Positions 1 to 9,911 of a stretch of DNA of 64,000 bases are shown here, piece after piece (the stretch's first letter is position 1; each line of letters starts with the position of its first letter). The stretch comes from Candidatus Hydrogenedentota bacterium. Its GTDB lineage: Bacteria; Hydrogenedentota; Hydrogenedentia; Hydrogenedentales; SLHB01. The DNA is taken from positions 96,001 to 160,000 of the forward strand of contig CAXXTH010000010.1 in assembly GCA_963668025.2 (NCBI GenBank). Reading direction: 5' to 3'. The translations under genes were made by a program, and so were the position numbers. Under the pieces are notes generated by a model. The model saw nothing but the letters and a program-made list of their open reading frames with translations, had not been told where the DNA came from and did no database searches.

Positions 1-3
1 TAT

Positions 4-1227
4 TCACCCTACCCGCTCCAGCACGCACACCACTTCCGTGTGTGGGGTGTGGGGGAAGAGGTCGATGGCTTCGATGGACTGGATGCGGTAGTGTTCGAGG
101 AATGCGGGCATTTCGTCGCGGGCGAGGATGAGGGGCTTGCAGGCGATGTAGATGATGCGGGGCGGACGGAGTTCGATGAGGCGGCGGAGGGCTTTCGGGT
201 GGTTGCCCGCGCGCGGGGGATCGGCGATCACGATGCTGTCGTCCTCGAATGTGGGGCGTTTCAGCAGTTCCCATTTGAGGTAGTTTTTGACTTTGTCGGT
301 GATGAACTCGATGGGGGGCGCGCCGTTCATGGCGGCGTTGTGGCGGCCGTCTTCGGAGGCCGCAGCCACTTCCTCGACGGACACCATGCGGCCCGCCACG
401 TCGGCGCACGCGAGGGCGATGCCGCCGGAGCCGCCGTAAAGGTCGTAGAGGACGGAGGGCTTGTGGGGGGCCACGTGGCGGCGGATGAGGCTGTAGAGGC
501 GTTCGGTGGCGAGGGTGTTGGTCTGGAAGAATCCGAAGGGCGAGATGCGGAACCGCAAGCGCCGTTCGCCGGACTCGGTGGGGATGTGGAGCTCTTCGTG
601 GATGTATGGGGAGCCGTAGAGCGTTTCGCTCGATTCGGCGAAGGCCACGCCCGCGGTGCTTTGGGTGACGGCGCGGTGGATGCTGGTGGCCGGGTAGGCG
701 CGGAGGACGGCGTCGACGAACGATTGGCCGTCGATATCGCCTTCGCCGGTGATGAGGACGGCCATGCGCTCGCCCGTGCGGCGGCCTTCGCGCACGAGGA
801 GGTTCTTGAGCAGGCCCACGTGGGTGCGCGTGTCGAAACCGTCGAGATGCTGGGTGCGCGCCCAGGCGCGGACGGCCTCGAGCAACGGGCCTAGTCCTTC
901 CGGGGCGATATGGCATTCCTGAATATCGAGCTGGTGGAACCAGCGGCCTTTGCGTTTGAAGCCCAGGACGGTCTCGCGGACGAAATCCTTGGGCGGGGGC
1001 GTGTCGTAATAGCGCCGCCCGAAGTTGAGGTCCACCTTGTTGCGGTAGTGCCATAGCACGGGAGACGGTTCGACGGGTATAGGCGCGTCCCAATGGGCGG
1101 CGAACAATTCTTGTAGGGCGGCGGCTTTGCGATGAAGCTGTTCCTCGTAGGGGATGTCCTGCGCGGCGCAGCCGCCGCATTCGCCGAAATGAGGGCACAA
1201 GGGGGCGTGTGATGTGTGGCTGTTCAT
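4..1227 (-). CDS. rlmD: RlmD/TrmA-family RNA (uracil-5)-methyltransferase lacking a TRAM domain
   Basis: CPHFGECGGC Fe-S motif, YRNK, FFQTN, DLYGGSG SAM motif, DPPRAG, YIAC catalytic Cys, DLFPHTPHTE. Start moved to ATG 1227 because the longer ORF reads through an intergenic repeat. Confidence 0.85.
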   Translation of the reverse strand: MNSHTSHAPLCPHFGECGGCAAQDIPYEEQLHRKAAALQELFAAHWDAPIPVEPSPVLWHYRNKVDLNFGRRYYDTPPPKDFVRETVLGFKRKGRWFHQLDIQECHIAPEGLGPLLEAVRAWARTQHLDGFDTRTHVGLLKNLLVREGRRTGERMAVLITGEGDIDGQSFVDAVLRAYPATSIHRAVTQSTAGVAFAESSETLYGSPYIHEELHIPTESGERRLRFRISPFGFFQTNTLATERLYSLIRRHVAPHKPSVLYDLYGGSGGIALACADVAGRMVSVEEVAAASEDGRHNAAMNGAPPIEFITDKVKNYLKWELLKRPTFEDDSIVIADPPRAGNHPKALRRLIELRPPRIIYIACKPLILARDEMPAFLEHYRIQSIEAIDLFPHTPHTEVVCVLERVG

Positions 1228-1253
1228 CTGTTTTCCTTGAATGTTAACCGATT

Positions 1254-1390
1254 TCTGGGGACCCTTTCTTTCGGAGAAAGGGTTCCCCAGCCCCCTCCCA
1301 AAGAACTCGGTTTTGCGCTTCGCGAAGCGAAAACAGAAGTTTTTAGAAAGGGGTGCGGGGGAAACCTTTTTCCAAAAAGGTTTCCCCCGC
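1254..1390. repeat. ~137-bp three-hairpin intergenic repeat, copy 1
   Basis: CTGGGGACCCTTTCT..AGAAAGGGTTCCCCAG, a central stem, and GCGGGGGAAACCTTTT-TCCA-AAAAGGTTTCCCCCGC; homologous copy at 62469-62607. Confidence 0.9.
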
Positions 1391-1407
1391 GCGCTACTCA
1401 CCATTAT

Positions 1408-2202
1408 TTAACGCACCGTCACAAACGGCCGGATGGCCTCGAGGCGTTTCGGGCCGATGCCGCTGACTTGCGAGAGGTCTTCGACACTTTGGAAAGGCTG
1501 GCCGCTCCGGTATTGGATGATGCGGCTGGCCAAGCCTTCGCCGATGCCGGGCAGCGTGGACAATTCCTCGGCGCTGGCGTGGTTGAGGTCAATTAATCCT
1601 TTGGCGGCGCCAGATGCCGCTTGCGGCGCACCGCTAGCGGCGGGCGTAGCGGCGCTGGTTTCGCGGGCGTAGCGCCAGCCGGAAATGGTGTATTCAGGCG
1701 GATTCACCGTGGGCGCGGGATAGGCGAACGGATGGCGCTGCGGGTCTTGGCGTTCGGGAACCTGAAGCGTCGAGGCGTCGATGAGCCGCGCGGCGAGATT
1801 GATGTCGCGCAAATCCGCGATGTCGAGTGCGCCTCCGGCGTCATCAATGGCGTCCTGCACGCGCGCGCCTTCCGCGAAGTGGTAGACGCCCGGCTTGCGC
1901 ACTGCGCCGGTAACGGATATGGCCATCGGAGCCGCATCGGCCTTTGGAGGTTCTTCTGGCGGAACCGGGGCGATGGCGGGCGCAAGATTTTCAACGACAG
2001 TAGGGGCCGGAGGTTTCGGAGCCGGAGGTGGAACGGTAGCGGCAGCAACGCTTTCCGCTTTAATTGGAAGCACCACTTCAGCCGCCTCCGGCGTATCTTT
2101 GCCCGGATACCGGATATACAGCGCCACCGCCCCAAGTAGAATGGAGCCCGCGAAGGCGATTAGGACGAATTGTTCTTTCACCGTCAATAGACGGCTCAAC
2201 AT
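1408..2202 (-). CDS. comEA: ComEA-family DNA-binding protein (TM, Pro-rich linker, SLBB, HhH)
   Basis: VTGAVRKPGVY..RVQDAI..AGG SLBB domain; IDLNHASAEELSTLPGIG...VSGIGPKRLE helix-hairpin-helix. Confidence 0.9.
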   Translation of the reverse strand: MLSRLLTVKEQFVLIAFAGSILLGAVALYIRYPGKDTPEAAEVVLPIKAESVAAATVPPPAPKPPAPTVVENLAPAIAPVPPEEPPKADAAPMAISVTGAVRKPGVYHFAEGARVQDAIDDAGGALDIADLRDINLAARLIDASTLQVPERQDPQRHPFAYPAPTVNPPEYTISGWRYARETSAATPAASGAPQAASGAAKGLIDLNHASAEELSTLPGIGEGLASRIIQYRSGQPFQSVEDLSQVSGIGPKRLEAIRPFVTVR

Positions 2203-2272
2203 AGCGCCACCCCCCACGCCTTTGCGGTATAGCGAACCGCTCTTCCATCACCACCGGCGCATGCGCAAACGC

Positions 2273-2458
2273 TCACTCATCCTGCGGTTTCTTTTCCTCT
2301 TCCTTCTTCTCGCCGTCCTTGTTTGCGGTTTTCAGTCCTTCTTTAAACTCATTGAGGGCCGAACCCATGGAACGCGCGAGAGAAGGCAGTTTGGAGCTGC
2401 CAAAGAGCAACAAAATGATGAACAGGATAATGAGGAGTTCTTTTATGCCGAAGCCCAT
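2273..2458 (-). CDS. tatA: Twin-arginine translocase TatA/TatE subunit
   Basis: GIKELLIILFIILLLFGSSKLPSLARSMGSALNEFK. Confidence 0.95.
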   Translation of the reverse strand: MGFGIKELLIILFIILLLFGSSKLPSLARSMGSALNEFKEGLKTANKDGEKKEEEKKPQDE

Positions 2459-2617
2459 ATCGGTTTATCCTTACAAGTTGCGGTTATAAGATAAACAAAA
2501 TACCATAAGTAGAGTATACTCGGACCCGAAAAGCAGCGCAACACGGCATACGCGGGTGCATCTAGGAGGCAATGAATCGTGCAGACACGCCCCAGTTTGG
2601 CGGATGGCAAACACGCA

Positions 2618-4036
2618 ATGGCAAATCCCATATGGGGTGTGAAGCTGCAAACACGCATCGGATTATCATTATGCTATCTGCTAGGACTGGCCCATTGGGT
2701 ATTTTTCTTTTATGATCCGCATTCGGATGGGATGGCCGCTTGCACGGCTTTGGACTGGCCTCTTGCGATGAAATATCAGGGCGTGTTGCGCGATGCGCTC
2801 ATGACGTTCCACATGCCGTATTTCATGACGTTTACACATTATACGGACGCTTTCTGGGGCCACTTGGAAACGCCCTTGTCCCCGCAATTTTTGTTGGTTC
2901 CGCTGCTCCAATACCCTTGGTTCAATCTGGTGAACGTGTGCCTGCTCTACACGGTGAGTTTCGGCGGGCTGCTCTTGCTCCGGCGGCGTTACCGGTTATC
3001 GGCCATGCCATTTTTCTTGTTGTTTTTGCTTTTTAGTTTCAATGGCTACCTGGTGTCGCATGTGGCCGTGGGACATGTCATGTGGTATGGCTGCTTCTTC
3101 TTGCCATTCTTCTACCTTATAGTCCTGCAAATACTGGAACAACCTTTTTCGGAACGCCTTAGCCTGGGGCTTGCGCTGATTTTGCTGCTGATGCTGTTGC
3201 AAGGCTCGTTTCACGTGGTGATGTGGTGCGGGCTATTCTTGGCGGCGTTGGGCGTCATACGCCCACGAATCCTGCCTTCCCTGGCGTATGCAGGGCTGGC
3301 GCTCGCGCTCGCGTCGATGTTCAAACTCGCTCCCGGCGCGATGTGCCTGCGCCACACCGATTTGACCGTACAGCCCGGCTTCCAGTCGTTGACGGCGCTG
3401 CTCGATGCCTGCACACGCCTGCCCCGGTTCACTTCGGAAAATCTTTATGAATATGGATTAGGCAATCCGCCATGGGAGTTCGATTGCTACACCGGGCTCG
3501 TGGGATTTGGATTACTGGTGTTTTTCACCGTTCTTCCACGGCGGCACACCGGGGAAGACGGCCCGCCGCTCTTGCCGCTGTATTTCGCGAGCCTGTTCAT
3601 GGTTGTGCTGGCGTCCAGCGCCGCCTATCCGCTCTTTCAGCGGATACTGCACCCATTGCTGGATTCCCAGCGCATGCCCGCGCGTTTTATCGTGATGCCG
3701 CTCACCATGTGCATCCTATTGGCGGCAATCCGCATGCAAGGATATTTGGATACCTGCAAACCCGGCCCGGCCACCCGGCGTTGTTTGTGGATTGGCTTGG
3801 GATTGCTCGGGCTCGAATTGGCCGCCCATTCGAGATTATGGCGAGTGGCGCATGTGGACGCTTTTCCCTGGGAGGAGATTCTATTCAACGCCATCCCTGC
3901 TTCAATTAAGCCCATTCCCGATACGCCGGAGGCCTGGGCGTATGTCTGGGCGGTGCGGATAGGAGCCGTAATTTCTTTCCTGGCTATATTGTTCTTCGTG
4001 ATACGTTTTATAAAGGCAAACAAGCGGGCAGCCTGA
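2618..4036 (+). CDS. Polytopic membrane protein, possibly GT-C/YfhO-like glycosyltransferase
   Basis: About 12 hydrophobic segments; FSFNGY..HVAVGH, WEFDCYTG and R.PARF motifs resemble YfhO-like proteins. Start uncertain (2579 or 2618). Confidence 0.6.
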   Translation: MANPIWGVKLQTRIGLSLCYLLGLAHWVFFFYDPHSDGMAACTALDWPLAMKYQGVLRDALMTFHMPYFMTFTHYTDAFWGHLETPLSPQFLLVPLLQYPWFNLVNVCLLYTVSFGGLLLLRRRYRLSAMPFFLLFLLFSFNGYLVSHVAVGHVMWYGCFFLPFFYLIVLQILEQPFSERLSLGLALILLLMLLQGSFHVVMWCGLFLAALGVIRPRILPSLAYAGLALALASMFKLAPGAMCLRHTDLTVQPGFQSLTALLDACTRLPRFTSENLYEYGLGNPPWEFDCYTGLVGFGLLVFFTVLPRRHTGEDGPPLLPLYFASLFMVVLASSAAYPLFQRILHPLLDSQRMPARFIVMPLTMCILLAAIRMQGYLDTCKPGPATRRCLWIGLGLLGLELAAHSRLWRVAHVDAFPWEEILFNAIPASIKPIPDTPEAWAYVWAVRIGAVISFLAILFFVIRFIKANKRAA

Positions 4037-4048
4037 TGAAAGCGGCTT

Positions 4049-4930
4049 CTATTCGCGGCGTATCAGCGTCTTCTGTTGGCGGCCCGAGCCGGGAGCATGG
4101 CCGGTGAACCGCTTATACACTCGTGAGAGGGAATAGGGCGTGGAATACCCCACCATGTCCGCGATTTCCGCCAGCGAATACATACCCAGCCCAAGTAATT
4201 CGGTGGTGCGTTGCATGCGCAGCCGGGTCAATACCTCCATCGGCCGTTCGCCGTGGTGCTTGGCCACCAGCCGGTAGAGGGTGGGCACGGAGCAATGGAT
4301 CTTTTTAGCCATTTCCTCGACCCGCCAGGGATGGCTTAAATCCGCCAGCACGCTCACCCACAATTGATATAACGCGCCTTGGCCGTGCGGATTGTCGAAG
4401 AACTGGAATTCCCGGCGCAGATACGCGCAAATCAACTGGCTGTAACTCAGGGCAGCCGCCGTGCTTTCCAGCGCGGACAATGTGGACTCGATAATGTATC
4501 CATCCATGAGCCATACCAGGCGCTGGGCGAATTGAGCGCGAACCTTGTGGACGGGATAGCCATTTAAAAAAGACCACGCCTTGGTATCCCAAAAATGAAA
4601 CCAGCAGCATTCCCATATCGGATCGGGGAAATACTGGTGCGGCTGGTGCGCCGGGCAGATCAGCAAATCCCCTATCTGCAGATTTCCTTCACCTCCTTCA
4701 TACAGAAAACGGGCCTGGCCACCCAATGAAAATAGGACCACGTGCTCGTCATGCGCCTGGGTGCGGTTGGCAATATAGGGAGACACCATGTGGCTAATGC
4801 CGCCTAATGCGACGCCAAGCTCTTGCAGCGGTTGAGCCTGTGCGCCGGACATGGACAAGAACCGCTCCTTGGTCAGATCCGTCATTCTGACAAAATCGGA
4901 TATGGGATTGATAGTTTCAACCATCGACAT
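4049..4930 (-). CDS. AraC-family transcriptional regulator
   Basis: Cupin-like N-terminus (GDLLICPAHQPHQY) and C-terminal double HTH (LAEIADMVGYSTPYSLSRVYKRFTG). Confidence 0.9.
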   Translation of the reverse strand: MSMVETINPISDFVRMTDLTKERFLSMSGAQAQPLQELGVALGGISHMVSPYIANRTQAHDEHVVLFSLGGQARFLYEGGEGNLQIGDLLICPAHQPHQYFPDPIWECCWFHFWDTKAWSFLNGYPVHKVRAQFAQRLVWLMDGYIIESTLSALESTAAALSYSQLICAYLRREFQFFDNPHGQGALYQLWVSVLADLSHPWRVEEMAKKIHCSVPTLYRLVAKHHGERPMEVLTRLRMQRTTELLGLGMYSLAEIADMVGYSTPYSLSRVYKRFTGHAPGSGRQQKTLIRRE

Positions 4931-4952
4931 ATTCCCGCCACGGCCATATAAT
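4924..4952 (+). promoter_or_regulatory. Sigma70-type promoter of GH2 copy 1
   Basis: TCGACA-17 bp-TATAAT; the -35 box overlaps the araC start codon; conserved in the duplicate at 7518-7546. Confidence 0.7.
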
Positions 4953-5040
4953 AACCCTGATCTTTACGGCCTAAAGACTATTCCGCCATTACTATCGCTG
5001 AACCGATACCTGGAATCAAATGATAAGGATGGAAAATGCG

Positions 5041-7338
5041 ATGAACTTTTCTACTGTTGCCGCATCCCTCGTTTTATTATCTTCCGTAACTACCGCAATG
5101 GCGGATGATGGTGTATTGCCGCGCTCCGAGCATCCCCGGCCCGACGCCATGCGCGAGAACTGGCTGTGCTTGAACGGCCAATGGCAGTTTGAAATCGATG
5201 CCGACGCCAACGGGCTGGAGCGTGGGCTCGTTTCGGGGAAAGAGCTGGCATCTAGCATCATGGTGCCTTTCTGCCCCGAGAGCCAGCTCTCGGGAATTGG
5301 CCATACCGATTTCATGAAAAATGTCTGGTACCGCCGTATGTTCACTTTGCCCGAAAGCATGCAAGGGCAGCGGGTGCTGCTCCATTTCGGAGCGGTCGAC
5401 TACAAGGCGTGGATTTGGGTGAATGGGCGCGAGGTGGGCGAACACACGGGCGGGAGCGCCGCCTTCACCTGCGAGATCACCCATGTCCTTAAAACAGGTG
5501 GGAATGAAGTGGTGGTCCGCGTGTTTGATGACACCGCGAGCGGCTTGCAGCCCACAGGCAAGCAGACCCATTCCGTAAGTGAAGGGTGCGTGTATACACG
5601 GACTACTGGCATCTGGCAAAGCGTCTGGCTGGAGGCAGTCGGCCAGTCGTACATTCAGGAGTTTTCGGTGGTTCCCGATCTCGAGCATGCCCGCGTTCTC
5701 ATCGAAACCACGGTGAATGGCCCGCTAGAGGGGCTGCAAGTATCCGCCCATGCGTTGGCTGATGGCGAGCTCGTTGGACAGGAAAGCGGGCTGGCCGGAA
5801 GCGGCGCACCACTGGCTTTGAATCTGAGCGAAAAACACTTATGGGAACCGGCCTCACCGTTTCTATACGACCTAGAACTCGTATTAGAGCGTGATGGGAA
5901 ACCTGTGGACGCTGTGCGCAGCTATTTCGGTTTGCGTTCGGTGGCGATTGATGGGCGCAGCGTGTTGATCAATGGCCAGCGCATTTTCCAGCGTTTGATT
6001 TTGGACCAGGGCTTTTATCCCGATGGCATTTGGACTGCGCCCTCGGATCAGGCGCTTAAGCGTGACATCGAGCTTTCCATGGCGTCGGGTTTCAACGGCG
6101 CCCGCCTGCACCAAAAAGTGTTCGAGCCGCGTTTTTTGTATTGGGCGGACAAGCTTGGATACTTGGTTTGGGGCGAGTTTCCCAGTTGGGGGTATAGCGG
6201 CGATCCAAAAGGATTCAATGCGTACGCCGCTGAATGGGCCGAAATCATACGACGCGACCGCAACCATCCATCCATTATTGGCTGGTGTCCATTCAACGAG
6301 ACCGGTGCAAGCATCATTGAAATGCAGCAAACGTTCTGGAATCTAACCCGGACAATCGATCCCACACGCCTGGCACTAGAGACGAGCGGCACGTTTCATA
6401 GTTTGCCAGAGCCGCAGATTCGTGATTACCACGATGGTGAACAAGACCCCGTAGTATTCAAAAAACGTTGGATGGACTATTTTGATCCGTCGACACCGCA
6501 TTTGCCTAAGCAATACATATATAGCATCCCAGGAATCGTGCCCACCAATCCTCCCGACCGTGGCGTTCCATTCATGGTCGGCGAATTCGGCGGCACGTGC
6601 TGGACGGACCGGCAAGCGCCCGGCAATGCCTGGGGATACGGCCAAACGCCAAGCAACCAGGAAGACTTCTACCGCCGTTATGAGGGTTTGGTGAGTGCGT
6701 TGCTGGACAACCCAAACTTATGTGGATTCTGCTATATCCAATTGACCGACGTTGAGCAAGAATGCAATGGATTGTACTATTATGACCGTTGGCCCAAATT
6801 TGACGTGGAGCGTCTACATAAAATCACTTCGCGCGAAGCCGCTTACGAAAAGACTGGCCCCACCGCTAAACAGCCCGCTCCTGACCTGGGAACGCCATGG
6901 CGCGCGTTGGTGAACGCTGCGCCTGACAAAGAGCCCGCCCGGCCTTATCGTTATACTTTCGATATTCCAGCCGGCAAGTGGATGAACGTCGAATTCGACG
7001 ATTCAAAATGGGCATGGGGTTCCGCGCCTTTCGGGAACATTGTCCCTGGCGTGCAAACGTCTTGGACTAGCGCGGACATTTACCTCCGCCAGCAGTTCCA
7101 GTTCGAGGGCGGCGAACTTGCCCAAGTCGTGTTGCTCATGATGTATGATGAAGACACGGAGGTTTATATCAACGGGGATAGGGTGCTGGAAGTAAAAGGT
7201 TTTGTGAACTCCTACACACCTCTTGATGTGACGAAAGCCGCTAAACATTGCCTCAAGCAAGGCGTAAACACATTGGCTGTACATACCCATCATACCGGAG
7301 GCGGGCAGTATATCGACCTTGCATTATTGTGCCGCTAA
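5041..7338 (+). CDS. Secreted glycoside hydrolase family 2, paralogue 1
   Basis: Signal peptide; LLHFGAVD, TTGIWQSVWLE, LDQGFYPDG, RLHQK, NHPSIIGWCPFNE (acid/base), GEFGG (nucleophile); C-terminal beta-sandwich. Confidence 0.9.
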   Translation: MNFSTVAASLVLLSSVTTAMADDGVLPRSEHPRPDAMRENWLCLNGQWQFEIDADANGLERGLVSGKELASSIMVPFCPESQLSGIGHTDFMKNVWYRRMFTLPESMQGQRVLLHFGAVDYKAWIWVNGREVGEHTGGSAAFTCEITHVLKTGGNEVVVRVFDDTASGLQPTGKQTHSVSEGCVYTRTTGIWQSVWLEAVGQSYIQEFSVVPDLEHARVLIETTVNGPLEGLQVSAHALADGELVGQESGLAGSGAPLALNLSEKHLWEPASPFLYDLELVLERDGKPVDAVRSYFGLRSVAIDGRSVLINGQRIFQRLILDQGFYPDGIWTAPSDQALKRDIELSMASGFNGARLHQKVFEPRFLYWADKLGYLVWGEFPSWGYSGDPKGFNAYAAEWAEIIRRDRNHPSIIGWCPFNETGASIIEMQQTFWNLTRTIDPTRLALETSGTFHSLPEPQIRDYHDGEQDPVVFKKRWMDYFDPSTPHLPKQYIYSIPGIVPTNPPDRGVPFMVGEFGGTCWTDRQAPGNAWGYGQTPSNQEDFYRRYEGLVSALLDNPNLCGFCYIQLTDVEQECNGLYYYDRWPKFDVERLHKITSREAAYEKTGPTAKQPAPDLGTPWRALVNAAPDKEPARPYRYTFDIPAGKWMNVEFDDSKWAWGSAPFGNIVPGVQTSWTSADIYLRQQFQFEGGELAQVVLLMMYDEDTEVYINGDRVLEVKGFVNSYTPLDVTKAAKHCLKQGVNTLAVHTHHTGGGQYIDLALLCR

Positions 7339-7524
7339 GCTAACGCCATTGATAGGAATAAAGCGGCGGCAGGCCATTGCGATCCAAATACTTATATAGA
7401 ATAGATTTGGAATATAGGGCCTTGCCGCTACTTTCTTCTTTGTTATGCTTTCCATCATATGTTCGGTTGTAGTCTCTATTCTGATAAGATCGGGTATGTT
7501 ATTGATAGTCTCGACCATCGACAT
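7324..7524 (-). pseudogene. 5' remnant of a duplicated araC
   Basis: Starts MSMVETIN, identical to the AraC at 4930, then similarity decays within ~25 codons; no HTH. Confidence 0.75.
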
Positions 7525-7546
7525 GCTTCTGACACGGCCATATAAT
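7518..7546 (+). promoter_or_regulatory. Sigma70-type promoter of GH2 copy 2
   Basis: TCGACA-17 bp-TATAAT, same geometry as 4924-4952. Confidence 0.7.
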
Positions 7547-7625
7547 TGCCCTGGTTTTCATGGTGTTAGGATTATTCCACCGCTGTTGCCACTGCAGGAA
7601 TCAAATGATAAGGATGGAAAATACG

Positions 7626-9911
7626 ATGTATTTATCAACCGTTGCCGCATCCCTGGTTCTACTATCTTCAGTAACGCCTCTTGTAGCTGATGATGGCGCG
7701 CTGCCGCGTTCCGAGCATCCCCGGCCCGACGCCATGCGCGAGAACTGGCTGTGCTTGAACGGCCAATGGCAGTTTGAAATCGATGCCGACGCTAACGGGT
7801 TGGAGCGCGGGCTGGCTTCAGGCAAGGATCTGGCATCCAGCATCATCGTTCCCTTCTGCCCAGAGAGCCAGCTCTCGGGTTTGGGCCACACCGATTTCAT
7901 GAAAAATGTCTGGTACCGCCGCATGTTTACTTTGCCGGAAAGCATGCAAGGCCAACGGGTGCTGCTGCACTTCGGTGCGGTGGATTACAAGGCATGGGTT
8001 TGGGTGAATGGCCGTGAAGTGGGCGGACACACCGGCGGCAGCGCCGCCTTCGCGTGTGAAATCACCTCTGCCCTAAAACCCGGAGAAAACGAAGTAGTGG
8101 TCCGCGTGTTTGACGACACCGCGAGCGGCTTGCAGCCCACGGGCAAGCAGACCCACTCCGTGAGCGAAGGGTGCGTGTATACACGGACCACTGGCATTTG
8201 GCAAAGCGTCTGGCTAGAAGCCGCCGGCCAGTCGTATGTGAAAGAGTTTTCGGTGGTTCCCGATCCCGAGCATGCCCGCGTTCTCATCGAAGCCACGGTG
8301 GATGGCCCGCTAGAGGGGCTGCAATTAGCTGTTCATGTGTTGGCTGATGGCAAGCTCGTTGGCCAGGAAAGTGGATTGGCTGGAAGCGGCGCACCACTGG
8401 TCTTGAATCTGAGCGAAAAACACTTGTGGAGCCCCAGTTCGCCCTTCCTATATGATCTGGAACTCGTGCTGGAGCGCGATGGGAAACCTGTGGACACTGT
8501 ACGCAGCTATTTCGGACTGCGTTCCGTGTCGATTGATGGGCGCAGCGTGTTGATCAACGGACAGCGTGTTTTCCAGCGGCTGATTTTGGATCAAGGGTTC
8601 TATCCCGATGGCATTTGGACCGCGCCTTCGGATGAGGCGCTTAAGCGTGATATCGAGCTTTCCATGGCGGCGGGTTTCAACGGCGCCCGCCTACACCAAA
8701 AAGTATTCGAGCCGCGTTTCCTATACTGGGCGGACAAGCTAGGTTACTTGGTTTGGGGCGAATTCCCCAACTGGGGATATAATTATGAGCCGAAAGGCTA
8801 TGCCCCGTATACGTCCGAGTGGGCCGAAATCGTACGCCGCGATCGGAACCATCCATCCATCATTGGCTGGTGTCCCTTTAATGAAACCGATTGGGTTTCA
8901 ACGGAACTACAGCAAGTGATTTGGAACCTTACGCAGGCCATCGATCCCACACGGCCTGTTCTAGAGACCAGCGGTTGGAGACATAGCCTGCTGGAACCGC
9001 AACTTTGTGATTTTCATGATTACGAACAAGATCCCACCGTACTTAAAAATAGATGGATGGACTACTTCGATATTTCCGCTCTCCGTTTGCCTGAACAGTA
9101 CCATAATGCCGGAGCTACCGCGCTTGTTCCCGACCGGGGCTGTCCATTCATGCTCAGTGAATTCGGCGGCACGCGCTGGGCGGAAGAGCAATCATCCGGC
9201 CAAGCCTGGGGGTATGGCCAAGCGCCAAGCGATATGGAAGAGTTCTACCGCCGGTATGAAGGCTTGGTGAATGCATTGCTCGATAATCCGAATATGTTTG
9301 GATTTTGCTACACGCAATTGACCGACGTCGAACAAGAGCGCAACGGGCTCTATTATTATGATCGGCGGCCTAAGTTCGATGCCGGGCGCTTGCATGCCAT
9401 CACTTCACGCGAGGCGGCGTATGAGAAGACTGGTCCCATCACTGCATCGCGTGAGAATGGTGGAGCGCCGTGGAATGTCCTGGTGGGCGCTTCGCCCGAC
9501 AAAGCGCTTGCCCGCCCGTATCGCTATACCTTCGATGCTCCCGCCGCCGAGTGGCTTAATGATGGTTTTGACGATGGGAAATGGGCGTCTGGCATGGCTC
9601 CGTTTGGCAACGAATTGCCAGGCGTGCGGACGCCTTGGACCAGCGCCGATATCTATCTGCGCCAGCAGTTCCCATTTGACAGCGGTGAGCCTTCCCAGAT
9701 GGCGCTCGTTATTTTTTATGATGAAGATACGGAGATTTATCTCAATGGACACCGCATATTCGAGATCAGAGGATTTGTGAATTCGTACACCATGCTGGAT
9801 GTCACGCAGGCAGCCAAACCTTGGATCAAGCAGGGCTTGAATACATTGGCCGTGCATACCCGCCAGACTGGCGGAGGGCAGTATATCGACTTGGCCTTGT
9901 TATACCGTTAG
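7626..9911 (+). CDS. Secreted glycoside hydrolase family 2, paralogue 2
   Basis: Colinear with paralogue 1; N-terminal half nearly identical; same catalytic motifs (CPFNE, SEFGG). Confidence 0.9.
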   Translation: MYLSTVAASLVLLSSVTPLVADDGALPRSEHPRPDAMRENWLCLNGQWQFEIDADANGLERGLASGKDLASSIIVPFCPESQLSGLGHTDFMKNVWYRRMFTLPESMQGQRVLLHFGAVDYKAWVWVNGREVGGHTGGSAAFACEITSALKPGENEVVVRVFDDTASGLQPTGKQTHSVSEGCVYTRTTGIWQSVWLEAAGQSYVKEFSVVPDPEHARVLIEATVDGPLEGLQLAVHVLADGKLVGQESGLAGSGAPLVLNLSEKHLWSPSSPFLYDLELVLERDGKPVDTVRSYFGLRSVSIDGRSVLINGQRVFQRLILDQGFYPDGIWTAPSDEALKRDIELSMAAGFNGARLHQKVFEPRFLYWADKLGYLVWGEFPNWGYNYEPKGYAPYTSEWAEIVRRDRNHPSIIGWCPFNETDWVSTELQQVIWNLTQAIDPTRPVLETSGWRHSLLEPQLCDFHDYEQDPTVLKNRWMDYFDISALRLPEQYHNAGATALVPDRGCPFMLSEFGGTRWAEEQSSGQAWGYGQAPSDMEEFYRRYEGLVNALLDNPNMFGFCYTQLTDVEQERNGLYYYDRRPKFDAGRLHAITSREAAYEKTGPITASRENGGAPWNVLVGASPDKALARPYRYTFDAPAAEWLNDGFDDGKWASGMAPFGNELPGVRTPWTSADIYLRQQFPFDSGEPSQMALVIFYDEDTEIYLNGHRIFEIRGFVNSYTMLDVTQAAKPWIKQGLNTLAVHTRQTGGGQYIDLALLYR

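Noticed and set aside
1228-1404. N-terminal extension of the RlmD-like ORF
   Set aside because: It is a translation of the three-hairpin repeat; the same peptide pattern appears at ~62470-62600.
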